From NCBI GenBank assembly GCA_030704615.1, contig CM060732.1, positions 54,374,001-54,438,000 on the forward strand: DNA of 64,000 nt, read 5' to 3'. Of the stretch, positions 1-11,700 are shown one piece after another. Position numbers and translations under genes: made by a program. This DNA is from Takakia lepidozioides. Lineage: Eukaryota > Plantae > Bryophyta. Numbering within the stretch: position 1 is the stretch's first letter; each line of letters starts with the position of its first letter. The notes beneath the pieces were generated by a model. It made no database searches, was not told the origin of the DNA, and saw only the letters and a list, made by a program, of their open reading frames with translations.

Positions 1-1698
1 TGTGCCAGCCTGGCTGCCCTTGATAAGGGCAAAAGGATCCATGCTGACATCATCAAAGCGAGAATTGCATCAGATATAAGTTGGAGAAACCTTGTTAACA
101 TGTATGCCAAATGTGGGAACATGAAGCATGCGCAGGAGGTGTTTAACAATATGACTGAGAAAGATGTGGTCGTGTGGAGTGCAATGATCTCAGGATATGC
201 TGAGCATGGTTGTTGTATGGAGGCTTTGGAGACTTATGAACAAATGATACGGAAAAGGGTGGCACCAGACAAAGTCACTTTTATTTGTGTTCTCAATGCA
301 TGTGCCAGCCTGGGAGCCCTGGAAAAGGGCAAAGAGGTCCATTTTGATATTGTTAAAGCTGGAATCGGGTCATACATCAATTTGGAGAATACGCTTGTGA
401 ACATGTATGCCAAATGTGGGAGCATGAAGGATGCACGGCTTGTATTTGACACTATGGCTGAAAAAGATGTGGTCTCATGGAGTGCAATGATTGCAGGATA
501 TGCGCAGCATGGTTGTATTATGGAGGCGTTTGAGACTTATGAGCAAATGACACAGGAAGGGGTGACGCCTAACAACGTAACATTCATTTGTGTTCTCAAT
601 GTGTGTGCGAGCCTTGCTGCCCTACACAAGGGCAAAGAAGTCCATGCTGACATCATCAACTCTGGTATTCCGCAGGATATTTTTCTGGGGACTGCCCTTG
701 TCAACATGTATGCCAAATGTGGCAACATGAAGGATGCACGTCAAATGTTTGACAACATGGCTGAACAGGATGTGGTCTCATGGAGTGCGATGATTGCAGG
801 ATATGCTCAGCATGGGTGTGGTAGGGCAGCTCTCCAACTATTTGAACAAATGCAAGAGAAAGGCTTGAAGCCAAATGGTATCACCTTTATGTGTGTTCTC
901 TCTGCATGTAGTCATGTAGGCCTAGTGGATGAAGGCCGTCACTACTTTGATTCCATGAGTCAGGATCATAGCCTCAATCCTATGGTGGAACATTTTGGCT
1001 GCATGGTGGACCTTCTTGGCCGTGCAGGCCGAGTGGATGAGGCAGAGGACTTTATTGACAAAATGCCAATGGAACCAGATGCTGGCATATGGGGGGCCTT
1101 GCTTGGTGCCTGCAGAATTCATGGCAATGTGGAGGTCGCAGAACGTGTGGCCAGATGCCTTCTGAAATGGGACCCACAGCACGCAGCAACTTACATGCTT
1201 CTGTCAATCGTCTATGCTGCTGCGGACAGGTGGGCTGATACAGCAAAGGTGCGAAAAATGATGCAGTACAGAGGTGTCAGAAAGGAGCCGGGGCAGAGCT
1301 GCATTGCGGTGAACAACCAGTTGCATACATTCAAGTTCATTGTCGAAGAGAAGCAGCATCCACAAATCAAAGAGATCCATGCTGAGCTGAAGAGATTATC
1401 TGGGTGGATGAAGGAGGCTGGGTACATTCCTGAGACACCCTTTGTATTGCATGAGGTTGAGGAGCAACGCGAATCATATCTTTGCCACCACAGTGAGAAA
1501 CTGGCGATTGTTTTTGGGCTCATCAGCACTCCCCCTACAGCATCTATCTGTGTCATCAAGAACCTCCGGGTGTGTGGTGACTGCCACGCGGCCACCAAGT
1601 TCATCTCAAAGGTTACTAAGCGAGAAATTCTTGTACGGGATGCCAACCGCTTTCACCACTTCCAAGATGGGGTTTGTTCTTGTGGGGATTATTGGTGA
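1..1698 (+). CDS. PLS-class pentatricopeptide repeat protein with E1/E2 and DYW deaminase domain (organellar C-to-U RNA editing factor); 5' end lies upstream of the window
   Basis: Frame 1 is open from base 1 (CASLAALDKG...) to TGA at 1696-1698, with no intron. P-L-S triplets recur every 303 nt (MYAKCG at 100, 403, 706). These are followed by the E domain, a PG-box-like EPGQSCI, HSEKLA, CGDCH and the terminal CSCGDYW. Confidence 0.96.
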   Translation, partial: CASLAALDKGKRIHADIIKARIASDISWRNLVNMYAKCGNMKHAQEVFNNMTEKDVVVWSAMISGYAEHGCCMEALETYEQMIRKRVAPDKVTFICVLNACASLGALEKGKEVHFDIVKAGIGSYINLENTLVNMYAKCGSMKDARLVFDTMAEKDVVSWSAMIAGYAQHGCIMEAFETYEQMTQEGVTPNNVTFICVLNVCASLAALHKGKEVHADIINSGIPQDIFLGTALVNMYAKCGNMKDARQMFDNMAEQDVVSWSAMIAGYAQHGCGRAALQLFEQMQEKGLKPNGITFMCVLSACSHVGLVDEGRHYFDSMSQDHSLNPMVEHFGCMVDLLGRAGRVDEAEDFIDKMPMEPDAGIWGALLGACRIHGNVEVAERVARCLLKWDPQHAATYMLLSIVYAAADRWADTAKVRKMMQYRGVRKEPGQSCIAVNNQLHTFKFIVEEKQHPQIKEIHAELKRLSGWMKEAGYIPETPFVLHEVEEQRESYLCHHSEKLAIVFGLISTPPTASICVIKNLRVCGDCHAATKFISKVTKREILVRDANRFHHFQDGVCSCGDYW

Positions 1699-2412
1699 AA
1701 CGAGCAACCTGCATGGATGAAGGGAGTGGATCAATTCAAGTGGAGAAGGTATTTAAAATTCCTTATGTTGACAAAGAGTTCAGTTTGGAGATGCAATGCA
1801 TGTGATTTTTTTTTACCGCCTGTACTGCACTTTCTGTGAGCATTCAGAAAGAATCCTCCAACACACATCAAATCAGTGAAGTCAGTCATTGTTGCACTGT
1901 CGCTTGTGACGTTTAGTCGGCATTTACGGATTCAGTGGCCAGCCAAATCAACTGACAATACAGGACCTGATTAGCTTTTGCTGTAGGAGGAATCAGGCAG
2001 AAGAACAGGGATAACACATTGAGTGGTTGTTAGAATGTTCCCTCATACATAGCATGAAATGGTCATGCATTAGCAGTACGATACCTACACAATCAAACCT
2101 GGATGGGTGTGGGTTGACGCAGGGCTGCTTCTTCCTCTCTAACAGGTTTTGGACAAGGCATTTCCTACTGGACACTTGCAAGGTATCTGTTTGAAACTGA
2201 CTGTAATCCAGGTTCTTGGGACTAACATTGGGTGGTGGGTATCAGAGCATTTACAAACTCGGAGGCAAGCAGGTATGCTGGAAGCGATGAGAAGCCCGCC
2301 TACAGTACCATACCCAGTGTGGAGGAGGCAGATTTGATCAATGGGTCCGGTATGGATTGTGACAATGACCAAAAGGAATTTGATGCTTTCCCCTTTTTCC
2401 GAAATACTTTCA

Positions 2413-2500
2413 GAATGGGGCCAGAGCCGTCAAGAGACTGTACTCTTACTGTTCCTTGCGGACGTTGGCCTGCCATAGCCTTATGGCCATAGACCCCGCG
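2413..2500. repeat. Copy 1 of a short structured repeat (gccgtcaagaga...tactc...tgccRtagccttRtggccatagaccccgcg)
   Basis: Shares two conserved blocks with 2690-2764, separated by a variable-length hairpin. Related to the mini-insertions at 36815 and 37373. Confidence 0.75.
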
Positions 2501-2689
2501 GGAAACTAACCCTCCCGGAGCCATTTGTGGGGTTTGCACCCACCAGGGTTTAGTTTATCCCTGCAGCTGAGCTGCAAGCATAAACTTCGTTTTCCCACAA
2601 CTGCCATTAAGGTGCTCACAGAGGCACTTGTCCGCATATGAACTCAGCAGCCCGGTTGCAAGGTTATTGATTTTAGTTTTGTAGCCCTG

Positions 2690-2764
2690 GGGATGGTCCC
2701 AGCCGTCAAGAGAATATACTCATAAGACTTCGTTTGCCGTAGCCTTGTGGCCATAGACCCCGCG
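2690..2764. repeat. Copy 2 of the short structured repeat
   Basis: agccgtcaagagaatatactcataagacttcgtttgccgtagccttgtggccatagaccccgcg; about 45 nt nearly identical to 36815-36859 and 37373-37419. Confidence 0.8.
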
Positions 2765-4149
2765 CGCAGTTTGACAGAAACATAGGGAGTATGCACTACC
2801 TTTGAGGGGCTTACTCCAGTAGTGTGACTTACCTTTGATACAATTAATATGTTTGGTCTTTCCAGATACCCTCCAGAAAGCCCTTCACACATCAATCTGC
2901 TGTGTGTGAGCAGCCCAAAAGTTAAGACCCCAACAGGGCCAGGGCTTGAGGCCAAGAGAGAAAGGGAGAAAGACCAATAAAGATAAAGAAAGGAACTTCA
3001 CAGAAAGCTCAAAGAGCTTATAGGACAAAGAAATAGAAAGAGAAAACTTTTAAGGTTCGGGAGGCCCTGTGGCCCATTAGACACCAGTCAAACAACAAGA
3101 AAACTACATCAGCTGGAGACCTAGTGTCTCATGCAGGCAAGCTGCCAACCACTGTAAAATTCAAAACTGAAGACCTCTACAACAGACAGTGTCTAGAGAC
3201 AGCAGTATCGGCCCCTTTCATATCAGGAAAGAAAGGTTGGGGTTGCATCACAATCTTCTCTGACTTTCCATACTGTACATTGTGTACTTTCAATTCGGTT
3301 TTCATGTAAAGACATTATGAAGAACTGTTTGATATAGATAGGTGAGGCAGAGCTGAAGAGCCAAGTTTGGCAATGTTGTTTGAACTCTTTGTTATTGGTT
3401 TGGTTGTATGGTGGCTATCAAAGAGATGCTTGATTGTATTCCGTGTGAGAGACGATATTGTGATAGAGAGATAGGTTGATGCCTGCCAAAGCTAGTGTAA
3501 AATGTGTGTCTCTTCAACCCAAAGGGCAGTGTTGTTATACATCTGAGCACCTAGGTTTTTATTGTTTTTCGTTTTTTAATAGCTTGCGACGGCTCCTTGG
3601 CTCATAGAACACTTTTATTGGTTTCTCCTTGTGAGAGGAGACTATGAGAGCCAAAACCAGTTTGATCATCTTGTACCTTCTCCCAAATAACACTTCTTTT
3701 GTTTTGTACTGTAGTTGATATAAAACAATGGATGAAGAATCTATAGTCCTTTCTTTCGCACCCATGCAGTGTTTTTTTTTTCATTTAAGAATTTGAGCCA
3801 CGTTGGCTCCTGGCTGGCCTATGAGGAAGATCAATTGGCGATTCTGTGGCATGTGATCTTGAACCGGTGGCTTCGGTCAAGAATGTTTGATGAGTTTTAT
3901 GCGAACTCAACTCACGTAGTGTTCGGTTTGTGGGAGCGACAAGGGAGGTAATTTTTTCTAAGTAACAACGACATCACATATTGCAAAGCATGTTGTTGAG
4001 CGAAAATACCTTCCGGAGGAATTGACCCTTAGCCACAAAGACTTTGCCCAGTGCAGCACAGGGCGGGATCTACACAAGCAAAACCATGTTAGTATACAGG
4101 AACAAACATAAATGAAAAAAACACCCGGAACACCTTAAAAGTTTCGTGC

Positions 4150-5760
4150 AGATCAGAATTAGGCAAAGTGCAAGAGGCGGTGCAAGGCTGCTTAAATGGA
4201 TAATAGGCAGATAAGCGAAACCTAAACGAGAGTTCCCTCCATAGCTCGACCCCCTGGTGAAAGCAGGAAGAGTTTGAACCCAAGGCTTTGCTCCTTGAGC
4301 AGGGTGGTAGGGTTTCTAGAAATCAATAGGCAAGATCATCTGAATCTAACAAACCCGAATGGCATGTGGCTCTTTCCATGTGCGATAGCTGTACAGGCGG
4401 CGTCCTCATTGCAGCGACATGATGGAATTAAGGAGGGCAGTAATGCGAAACAGTGCCATATTTTAACCCATAATTCCTTTGTAGATTTCGTGAGGCCAGT
4501 TTCTTCCTCGAAAAGTGGCGAAATTTCGCTCATAAAAAAAACGCTGCTCCCATGAGGAAGCGCCATGCACAGGGCTAAAAGCTCATCTTCTTTTTTCCTT
4601 TCCATCCAGTCTGTCATTTTGGAAGAGGATGCAATTTTGTAAGGAGGTAGAAGTGCATAATGTTTTTGTAATGTTATGTGTGGATCCCTCTATTCACCAA
4701 GGAATCATTACGCAATTAGTCACGGCTTGTTATATCCTAGCTCCTGTAGCGTGTCTTACAAATACATGCCATTACCCGCCCAGACATACTACTTATCCAA
4801 GGACTCCCGATTGCCTTTGCAACACCAACAATTTGATAACCATCCATATAATAGAGTGTGCCATGACCGCAGTCCATCATTAATAGCGCGAAACACATGA
4901 ACAGCTAGATCTAGCCCTCCGTCACCATGGCCGGAAATGCCGCCCCATTGACTATTGTTACCGGGTAAGAGGAGGTGCTCATAGCGAGAGGTTGGGTATG
5001 CTCACGTGAGCACAATGGCATATTCCTCGAATTTCCGCAAAATTTTCGTGAAATTTTCACATCGAAACGAAATTGACGAAACTAACAATTATGTGAAACT
5101 AACACATAAACCTGATGAACATGTTACCCTATAAGCGTGGCTTTTTCTTCCTAACAGGCACAAGAGTAGGCCGTGAGGCTTCACCTCAAATTTAAGGTCC
5201 TCGCCCATGGATAATTTCGCACGGCAAAACCAGCCTAAGAAGAAATCACACTGTAGCTAAAACGATGAATAGATCACTTTTAAAGCCCCACCTATTCTTT
5301 TTGGATGTGGGATTGTTGGGTGATGGGATTTCGTATAGAAAGTTTTGACTTAAGCTAAGCTACTAAGGATTTCTCAGTGCGAAACCCACCACTGCTTAGG
5401 TTTGTGCCCATATCACATATCATTTCTCAATGCGAAATTCACCGCCACCACTATAAGTTTAGGGTTTTTGGCTATACTACTGAAGGTTTCGCCTTGCTGA
5501 ATTGGCGTAGATGTACCGTACAAATGCACCAGTCCTCTATACCCGCTTATGGTTTTGAAAACATATAACTCCTATGACCGAGGTTTTAAAACATAAGACT
5601 CCCCCGTGGGTTATGCTCACGCGAGCGTGAGCATGCTCATACTGTGTTCATAGGATACCACCCCCCCTCATAGCCATAACATCAATACCCTGAAAACATA
5701 ACCTAAAACTCCCCTTCAATGCAGGTACTAAACCTTACATTTTAGGGCTATCAGATCACA
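4150..5760. repeat. Degenerate dispersed repeat rich in (g)ctcacgtgagca palindromes, possibly a non-autonomous DNA transposon
   Basis: Motifs at about 5000 (gctcacgtgagcac) and about 5615 recur at about 25405, 26806 and 26892. No coding capacity; the ends were not resolved. Confidence 0.35.
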
Positions 5761-6005
5761 TATGGCTCTCATCCTACGAAACTCAAAATTGAAAGCGGAC
5801 AACTGGGTAGTTCAGTTCCTATTTCATAGCCCCCCACATTATGGCTAGCATTGACAGATGGGTCTGGGGTTCAATCTCCTGTGGTTTTGTCTGCCTTCGG
5901 GCTAGGCTCTCTCCCCTCTATTTGAAAGGGAAGTATTTTTTTCTCGTCATGGACAATGCTAGTCAAAAGAAAAACGCAAGGTTCTTTTGTGTTTCTGTGG
6001 AAAGG

Positions 6006-6233
6006 TTTTTTTTTTTTAGGGGAAACACTTGGGAGCAACAGCTCACAAATGAGGCCCCTTAACTATAGTGAGGGGACCTCCTTCACAGTAACCTCGTTGT
6101 GAAGGCATTTGCCTCGATTGTTAACAATCATGGATATGCGACACCGCCCAAGGGAAGGGGAAGAGGAACATACCCACACCCATCAACATAGCAGGATTCG
6201 ACCCCAAAATCATCTAGATGGCACTCAGTGCAC
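6006..6233 (-). mobile_element. tRNA-derived SINE family A, diverged copy
   Basis: Colinear with 24325-24577. A poly-T tract on + marks the poly-A tail, and a B-box remnant (ggattcgaccc on +) is present. Confidence 0.75.
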
Positions 6234-6369
6234 TATTTTTTTTTTTCTTTTTTTACTTTTGATTCTAACAAACTTGAAAAGGGAAATACCCTGGGGCGAC
6301 CGCTCACAATTCAGGCCCCTTCATTATAGTGAGAGGAGAAAATAACCTCTTCCATAGTAACCTCGCCAT

Positions 6370-8022
6370 GGTCCTAGGAGCTTCCCCATGCATTATTGTC
6401 TTCATGGCTCCTCGGTGGTTATTTTTTCCACTGTTGGTACCCCTCTTTTTTAATATATTTTCAGGGCCTCCATCCGTTTTGTAAAATTTAAATTAAAACT
6501 GGTCCATGAACTACTGGTCCCTGGCTATTGTCAGAGAGTCACTTACCATCCTCTTCGTCCTGGACAAGCTAAACAACAGTCTACGGGCTTTTCCGTTCAG
6601 TATCCATCATGTGACCATGTCTCTATCCCTACAAAGTACAGTCCCTCTCTCCCTTCCTAATCTTCCCCATACTCCCATCAGAATCTGCTGCTGGTCCTCT
6701 CCCACAAGAGACATGAACCCAACTCGAGACCCTATGATCCCCATCACAACCTGGCTAGCAGCAAATTCATTCTTTTGGATTTCAGGAAGGCCCCTCGCAG
6801 ATCCAGGAGAGTGATCTTGGGCTTTCTCTAGATCTCCGACTCCCTTCTTCGCGTACACCACTAGAACAACATACAAGGCTCTGACATCTCCCAGCCCCCT
6901 CTTTGCCAAATAGAACTTGAAATGGCAATCTTACGGGTTTATGGAGGAAAATTGGAAATCAATCTGGACATGTATCTGGGAAAAAACAAGGCCAGCCAAA
7001 ATGTCCACCTTTCTATGGCAAATAGCCAACAAAGTCCTTAAGGTGGGAGAATGGTTACAATTCCAGGAAGCCTTGCTTTGCTCCTGTTGCTCCTATGGGC
7101 AGTTGGAAACCCTGGAACATTGCCTTATCTATTGCCTTACCCCTAGGAAAGTCTGGCCTATCGTAAAAGGGATACCCAAGACTTCTCAGTTGTACATCTG
7201 CTACTCAACTACGACTCAAATACAAAAACCAAGGCTTCAAACTACCCAATCTATGATTGCCTTCGCAGCTCTACACTGTGGAACATATGGAAAGTTAGAT
7301 GTGCCTAGACCCTCTCGGGTACCACCTGCACTTTATCTACCTTGCTTTCTAGAGTATTATGGGACTTGCAGATAGAAGGGAGGAAGGCTTGGGCAAAACT
7401 CTGTGCAGATGTCGCAAGAAGACCCCAACAAGCGGCAGCAATCCACAATCAACACTTGGGCAAGAAACGGTCTTATCTGCACTAGCTCGTCACCATCCCA
7501 CTGTGCTTGGGCAGCTCAACCGCCAGATCCATGGCGAGAACTCAACACACCCTTCTATGGCAGTGTCCCCCGAGTTTGATAGGGATATCAATTGGCGCCA
7601 CATCAAATCGGCTGCTAGACTGAAATTTTGCTGAGATCCATTCGTGCACACAAATAAGCTTTGGACAGGTTTCAAACGGCTGCTAAGCCATTCACCTCAT
7701 GGATTCCTTGTAGATCTCACCAGTCCAGAAGCGACTGCCTACATTCAAAGCAACCCCTATGGGTGTGACTTCAACATAGGACTTGTAACCCTAGGTTGTC
7801 TTCATCTTCTCCCTTCGGGAGGTTAGTTCTTTCATCACTGACTACGGTGTATGTACCTCATGGTGTAATCTGGGGTTTTAATTTTTTTCCCCACAATAAA
7901 CTCAATAAAATTAATTCAGGGCCTTCCCCTGTTCAAAAAATAAAATAAAATAAAAAATAAAAAATATATAGGAAAATATGAAAAAAAGATTTAAGACAAA
8001 AAGAAAAAAAAGAAAAAAAAAA
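6370..8022 (+). mobile_element. 5'-truncated, decayed L1/Tx1-like LINE (ORF2 C-terminus, 3' UTR, A-rich tail)
   Basis: ORF 6917-7375 carries a zf-RVT-type pattern (WKSIWTCIW..TRPAKMSTFLWQI...L..G..L...C..C....ETLEH...C). A long A-rich tail spans 7934-8022. The element interrupts a SINE-A copy. Confidence 0.8.
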
Positions 8023-8090
8023 TTGAGCACAACGCTCTAGGGACACTGCCCAAGGGAAGTGGGTGGGAGAAGATTATACCACACCGACAA

Positions 8091-8258
8091 CCAAGTTGTA
8101 GCCGAGTGGTAATGGGCACATACCACCTCGAAAGTGGTTGTGGGTTCAATCCACCCTTGGTGTCACAAAGGTGTCCACTTTCCTAGCGAAAGGCAGTAAC
8201 CTTTCGGGGGTGAAGAGACACCATAATATACGCTTCCTTCTGGAGGCGACAAATATAA
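8091..8258 (+). mobile_element. tRNA-derived SINE family B, copy 1
   Basis: A-box tagccgagtggtaa, B-box ggttcaatcc, structured body and AT-rich tail. Flanked by ataccaca-ccgacaa (8076-8090) and ataccacatccgacaa (8259-8274). Confidence 0.8.
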
Positions 8259-8414
8259 ATACCACATCCGACAAGGTCGCAGGATTTGAACCCAGAATCA
8301 CCTGGGTGGCACTCAGTGCTCTCAACTAAGGTTTCCTCTTAAGAAAAAAAGGAAAATAGTGAACTAATTACAATTTGCTGCACGGCAAGTCCACCGTAAG
8401 CCAGCTGCATTGCG

Positions 8415-8444
8415 TAGGTTAGGTTAGGTTAGGTTAGGTTAGGG
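8415..8444 (+). repeat. (TTAGG)5 microsatellite upstream of the MAP4K gene
   Basis: taggttaggttaggttaggttaggttaggg read directly from the sequence. Confidence 0.9.
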
Positions 8445-8705
8445 CTATGGCTTCTGGCACTGGTTATATGACAGTGTGTGCAGGCTGTTGCCTGCAGCTG
8501 GAGATGGTTGATGCACAGTCCGACATTAATGCAACAATGGGATTGCGGAGATGAGATCAGGTGAGGTCAAGAGGGATCGAGGTGTATAGGGGATGGGGGA
8601 AAATTGGAGAGGATGCGGAGGATCGATTATCCGTGTTAGGGTTCCTCTACACGGATTTCAGCTGGTGGTCATTGGCCTTGGTAGGCAGCATCGGTCGTTC
8701 TGAGA

Positions 8706-11700
8706 ATGGGCAGCGCCATGGAGTCTCGATTCTTGAACTTGCAGCTCATTGGGAAGGGCTCGTTTGGAGATGTCTTCAAAGGGTAAGCCTCATTGCCCTC
8801 TCTAACCCCCCTCCGCCACTGCAAGCACATTTCTAGTGCCTACATTTTCCCTTCCTTTCCCTCTCTCAATAGCTCTTCCTTCCAAAAGCTCTGTTGTTTC
8901 CGTACTCTCCCCACCTATAGGAAGGTGCGTTTGTCTACGAGTTCTGAATGTCTTTAACTAGAATGAATGCTGATTGTTCCCTCCGGATGTCCCTGTCACG
9001 GCACCTTTATTTTGCACCTTTTGGTCTACCTTGGTGAGCAGCCAAGCGGGAAGTCATGGTTTCCTCATCCAGCTCATACTGATTGGATGTTTGGTAGAGG
9101 CATTACTATGGGCTACAGGATCCTGTGAAATTACCTTTGCAAGCAGGAGCTTAATTCCCCAAGGACTGACAGTTGTCCTGACATATTTTGCATTGGGAGT
9201 CCCCTCTTTCTTCCTCTGCCCTTTCTCCTCAACAGTGTGACTTGCTGTGCAACCACGGCAAGGCACATCTGTTGCATCTATAAGACTCAATCACGAGAGT
9301 TAGTCTCGTGCTTTCTACTTTGATGTCATTGCCAGAATCAACATACTTCCTAGATGTGATTTGCTGTACCAGTATACCAGTCCAGCTATCTCTCATATAC
9401 CCTGGGGCAACTGGCTCCTGCAGTGAGGGTATCCTTAAGAGTACATAGCCAGAGTTTGCAGGAACAGCCAATGGTTGCATTTTCCTCTGAGCAGATGAGG
9501 GAAAACTCAATTTTCAATTCCCTATCCTGGAAACGGAGGAAGACAGCCCTCTTCGAAGTTGTGTTAGTTATGGGATTGGTGGGTCCTATTTATGGGCGTT
9601 AGAGAAGTTGGAGCAGTACACAGTCTAAAATTACCTCCAACATGACAGAGGGCCTACAGACCAGCATTGAGCAAAAAGGTGTCCCATCGCAAATTATTTA
9701 TCTCTACTTCAGTACATCCCCGTCATTTGCAATGAATTGAGGAGGTGGAAACTGGACATATCTTGGAAAGCTAGAATTCCTTGGTTCTTGGTTGTGCAGC
9801 TTTGACAAGGAATTGAACAAGGAGGTGGCGATCAAAGTGATCGACTTGGAAGAAGCGTGAGTTCCACTTCTCCTGTTATGTCTTTTTGCACTGTTTTGTC
9901 TCAAGGTTTGCGTCAAGGGTTTATCTTAAACCCTGGCTATCTCGTTTTTCTCCTTACTATCACATATGCTCAACATGGGCCTACTGAAACTATTAAAAGG
10001 ATACTTAAACTATTGAAGGATACTTCTGTTCACTTTCTCTTTCAGCTGCGTATATTTTTTGCGGCCTGAAAAACATCTGTAAACTTGCTTTGGCCGTTTC
10101 CTGCTCTTACCCCCTGCATTATTCATGTCCTAGGAATCCTTACTCCTTTGATGTGGAAAGAATGACCTAGTGTATCTTTTAAGGGCTAGCTAACTGCCGC
10201 TTGTTAGGAAGTAGAGACTTCGTAATGGCTTCTCGTTACACAGCTTGGGCATATTTGTAACCCTATCTTCCCCTAGAGGCTTGGAAGCCCTTCTTGCCAA
10301 TCTGGCAGGTGATTGCAACTTTTGCATATGGGTGAACCATGCAGTATAACTCCCAGTGGCAATTGCACCCACAAGCATCTCAATATGCCCAGAGGACCCC
10401 AAATGCTCGGCTAGCCATTATAACATTCCTTGAGATTAGATTTGTGGCCTTTTTGCACTGAATTGTGCCACTGCCGTGGTTGAAGTTCTTTTGAAAGACC
10501 AACCTGAGGGCAACGTCTGCCCACCTTCACACATTCTGCAGAACTGCTTACAATATAAGCAGCTTACTAATGATATCCCATCTTGATGCTTCTAGTTTGT
10601 AGTTCAAGGAATGCTAGTGGTAGAAGTCATCCTACAAGAGAGGGGTGTTGTAGGTTGGTGGCTGATAAGTGCTGAGCACATTCCTTCTCAGTATTATGAG
10701 AGTTTGTGTGCCCTGGCTTTTGGTTGTGTGCATAAATATTTTTGTGACACCAGGGAGGACGAAGTTGAAGACATCCAAAAGGTGAGTTGTGTTATTGGAA
10801 TGTTTACCAAATGCTCCTTTTTTTATGATTAACTCACCTTACCAGCTGGTAAGTTAGTCCGCTGTCATGGGGTGATCTTTCTTTGTAGTAAGATGATACA
10901 CTCGTAAGCTATATTAATTTTTCCAGGATGTTGGAGACTTGCAGACAGGGACGTATTCAGAGGGACAGGAAAAGCTATGTTCTGTGGTTTTTCACATTTG
11001 GCATGCTGAATTTGAATATTGTTTTGGTTGTTTTTGTCTGCAGGAGATATCAGTTTTGTCTCAATGCCGTTCTCCACATATCACTGAATATTATGGGTCG
11101 TACCTTCATTCAACAAAACTATGGATCATGATGGAATACATGGCTGGTGGCTCTGTCTCAGACTTGGTGAGTAGGTTATGGCAGCATCTTTATTTCTCGC
11201 TCAACTTCTGCTGGTCCTGCCTGTGTAGTTCTGTCTGACTGATGGCGGTCTTTGGTGGTCGGTCTTTGTATACACAGCTTCAGACAGGGCCACCGTTGGA
11301 TGAGGTCTCCATAGCCTGTATCTTACGTGAGTTGCTGCTATCTCTGGAGTATCTACATAGTGAGGGGAAAATTCATCGTGATATCAAAGGTACAATATAG
11401 TGACCTTACATTTGCATCGTGCTTCTGTCTTCATATGTCCATAAGGTACAGGTCATCCCTGTCCAAGTTTGTCTGATGAGTTGGATTTGATCTCTCAACT
11501 GTCGGCTCGCGTCACCCTTGTATGTGATTTGAAAGCTGTGTAATCACCTATGTGCTTGTTCTGCTTAATTTTTGCATGCTTAAATTGTTGTACGTTAGAT
11601 CTCTTCACTTCGCCAGCTCCATTCTAATTATGACACTGCAATCTGCAATTTACATGTGCAATCTATGGACATCAGCGGCCAATGTACTACTGACTTCGAA

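Larger units (their letters stand above)
6234..8332 (-). mobile_element. SINE family A copy split by a LINE (6370-8022) and a SINE-B (8091-8258)
   Basis: Segments 6284-6369, 8025-8090 and 8275-8332 join into a sequence colinear with the uninterrupted copy at 24325-24577. Confidence 0.8.

Noticed and set aside
2300-2955. Repeated peptide RGVYGHKA...SLDG on the minus strand as a protein repeat
   Set aside because: Three of the four related copies share an in-frame TGA and one has a frame-breaking length difference, which favours a non-coding element.
8415-8444. Interstitial telomere
   Set aside because: Only five TTAGG units are present and they are not the plant TTTAGGG repeat. Treated as a microsatellite.
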